From: Breznakia sp.
GTDB taxonomy: Bacteria; Bacillota_I; Bacilli_A; Erysipelotrichales; Erysipelotrichaceae
Assembly (NCBI GenBank): GCA_047973225.1
Contig: JBKEBQ010000023.1
Location: forward strand, 1-64,000
DNA: 64,000 bases
Direction: 5' to 3'
Part shown: piece after piece, positions 62,345 to 64,000 of the stretch
How the letters are laid out: each line of letters opens with the position of its first letter
Numbering within the stretch: the first letter of the stretch is position 1
Notes under the pieces: generated by a model
The model's database searches: none
What the model saw: only the letters and a program-made list of their open reading frames with translations
What the model was told of the DNA's origin: nothing
Program-made: the position numbers and the translations under genes

Positions 62345-63533
62345 TTTGTTCGTCCTTTATATCAGGCGTCACTTTTTTTTCAACATACATTTCAAATTTT
62401 TTCTTACGAATTCTTTTATTGATGAAAACACTCATATATTCATATACGAGCGTAGTAATTGGAACAGCCAATAACATTCCTGGAATGCCATACATACTTC
62501 CTAATAAGAAAATTGATAATAGCACCCAAACGCCTGGTAAACCGATCGCTTTTCCGACAATTTTTGGATAAATGACTTGTCCTTCAAAGTTAGAAATAAT
62601 TTGGAATACAATCACAAACCAAAATGCCTGTATAGGATCGTATGCAAAAATTAGAACTGCACAAACAACACACGCTAACGTTGGTCCAAAAACAGGGACA
62701 ATACTAAATAGAATGATAATTGCTGAGGTCACCTCTGGTAATGGAAATCCTAAAAATAATGATACAACATAAAACATTCCACCCTTAACTAAGCACTCCA
62801 CCAATTGTCCACCGACAAAAATTGTAAATACAGAATTTGCCCGTGTCCCCAAATGAAAAATTTTCTCACTTGTTTCTAAACTACAAAACGCTAATACGAA
62901 TTTACGGATTTGTCGTTGCATTTTTTCTTTTCCAGCCAATAAATACAAACTCAAACAAAATGCCAAAAACCATTCAAAAAATGCACCTGTAAATGACACT
63001 ACATTGGTAATCACACCATTCGCAAAGCCACCCAGCGCTTCTTGAGACTGACTAAACACTTCCCCCCAATTTTGACTTTGTAAAGACTTTATAAAAGATA
63101 TATCATTTATTTCAAAGTTGATGTTAATGTCATAAAAAATTTCATTTACAGAAGTAATCGTTGAATCAATTAAAACATTGAAATTCATAAAAATATCCAC
63201 GGTTTTTTCGGCAATCGTTGGCACAATAAACATGAAAACGAAAAACAAAGCCACCAATGTTAAAATTAAAGTCAATATCATTGCAATGGTACGAACAAAT
63301 TGCGAAAATACACTATCTTTTTTTATTATTTTATACAATTGCTTTTCGATTGAACGCATCGGGATATTTAATACAAACGCAATTGCCAAAGCTAAAAATA
63401 ATGGTTCAAACAATCCCAATATAAACAATCCAGTATCAATCACTACTTTATAATTCATAATAAACGCAAAGGCAACAATGGTATATGTTATCAAAAATAT
63501 ATTTTTTTTATATGCTCTAAATAAATCTTTCAT
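62334..63533 (-). CDS. AI-2E family transporter (PerM/YhhT-like, UPF0118)
   Basis: 399 aa with 8 predicted TM helices in the AI-2E arrangement. Confidence 0.75.
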   Translation of the reverse strand: MKDLFRAYKKNIFLITYTIVAFAFIMNYKVVIDTGLFILGLFEPLFLALAIAFVLNIPMRSIEKQLYKIIKKDSVFSQFVRTIAMILTLILTLVALFFVFMFIVPTIAEKTVDIFMNFNVLIDSTITSVNEIFYDININFEINDISFIKSLQSQNWGEVFSQSQEALGGFANGVITNVVSFTGAFFEWFLAFCLSLYLLAGKEKMQRQIRKFVLAFCSLETSEKIFHLGTRANSVFTIFVGGQLVECLVKGGMFYVVSLFLGFPLPEVTSAIIILFSIVPVFGPTLACVVCAVLIFAYDPIQAFWFVIVFQIISNFEGQVIYPKIVGKAIGLPGVWVLLSIFLLGSMYGIPGMLLAVPITTLVYEYMSVFINKRIRKKKFEMYVEKKVTPDIKDEQNEK

Positions 63534-63546
63534 TTTTCACCTCTTC

Positions 63547-64000
63547 TTACTTTTGACAAACACGATTATTCAAAACCGCTATTGTTTTATCCGATGCTTT
63601 TATCTTACGCGTAATCCGATCATTCAACAAACATAATATTTCATAAGGACTCATGTTCAATTCCAGTGCCATTTTCGATAATGGTGTGTGTTTTCCAATC
63701 AGTTCTACAGAAGTACCTATAGGATATATTTTAGGTAAACGAATCATCATTTGGTCCATACATATGCGCCCAATAATTTCACAAGGCGTTCCCTTTACAC
63801 TAACATATCTTCCTTGGTTAGCTCGTAAGAATCCATCGCCATAGCCTATGGGCAAAGTCGCTACATGCATATTCGTTAAACAAGTATACTCTGCACCATA
63901 ACTTATTGTTTCATATTTCATGACTTCCTTCACATGTACTATATGCGAATATAACGACAGTACTGCTTTCACATTTAACGGATTATCTACACTCTTAATT
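63547..64000 (-). CDS. alr: Alanine racemase, C-terminal portion (gene continues beyond window end)
   Basis: Alr C-terminal beta-domain motifs (…LPIGYGDG…GRICMDQMM…). The frame is open through nt 64000. Confidence 0.8.
   Translation of the reverse strand, partial: IKSVDNPLNVKAVLSLYSHIVHVKEVMKYETISYGAEYTCLTNMHVATLPIGYGDGFLRANQGRYVSVKGTPCEIIGRICMDQMMIRLPKIYPIGTSVELIGKHTPLSKMALELNMSPYEILCLLNDRITRKIKASDKTIAVLNNRVCQK

Noticed and set aside
1-64000. CRISPR arrays, rRNA or tRNA genes
   Set aside because: No regularly spaced direct repeats of 25-40 nt were seen, and no tRNA T-arm/anticodon-like structures or rRNA-like conserved blocks noticed in intergenic regions. The largest non-coding stretches are explained by promoters, terminators and pseudogene debris.

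Overview
Low-GC (about 33%) Firmicute chromosomal segment with high coding density, mostly on the minus strand. The HrcA/CIRCE-controlled clpB, the glgD-containing glycogen operon and the GH101-type surface enzyme fit a gut-associated Erysipelotrichaceae-like organism, though this is tentative. Housekeeping genes present include plsY (5' partial), a MacB-type ABC exporter, a monofunctional PG glycosyltransferase, gmk, rqcH, a CBS-DHH pyrophosphatase, cysE, clpB, trxA, nagB, ttcA-like, murB, hflX, a zur-znuBCA zinc-uptake cluster, a DEAD-box helicase and alr (3' partial). A complete glycogen operon runs malQ-glgB-glgP-pulA-glgC-glgD-glgA. The accessory content is: (1) a 2085-aa secreted multidomain protein whose central TIM-barrel region has the Asp...Glu spacing of GH101 endo-alpha-N-acetylgalactosaminidases (mucin O-glycan release). 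(2) A 1476-aa secreted LamG/metallophosphoesterase/discoidin/Big_2/FIVAR protein. (3) An LRR/Ig internalin-like protein with a VPKTG sorting signal, whereas the two giant proteins carry a shared non-LPXTG 'DTS[DN]TS-hydrophobic-KKK' C-terminal tail. (4) An SPFH(COG4260)-double-zinc-ribbon protein paired with a Gly-rich membrane zinc-ribbon protein (YdjI/YdjH-like module without pspA). (5) Two IS remnants (an IS3 OrfB C-terminal fragment and an IS1202/ISNCY-like HTH fragment). (6) A decayed ABC exporter locus with ATPase and FtsX-like permease pseudogenes. (7) Tandem CIRCE operators in front of clpB and a 17-bp palindrome (candidate Zur box) in front of znuA. No rRNA, tRNA or CRISPR array was seen.
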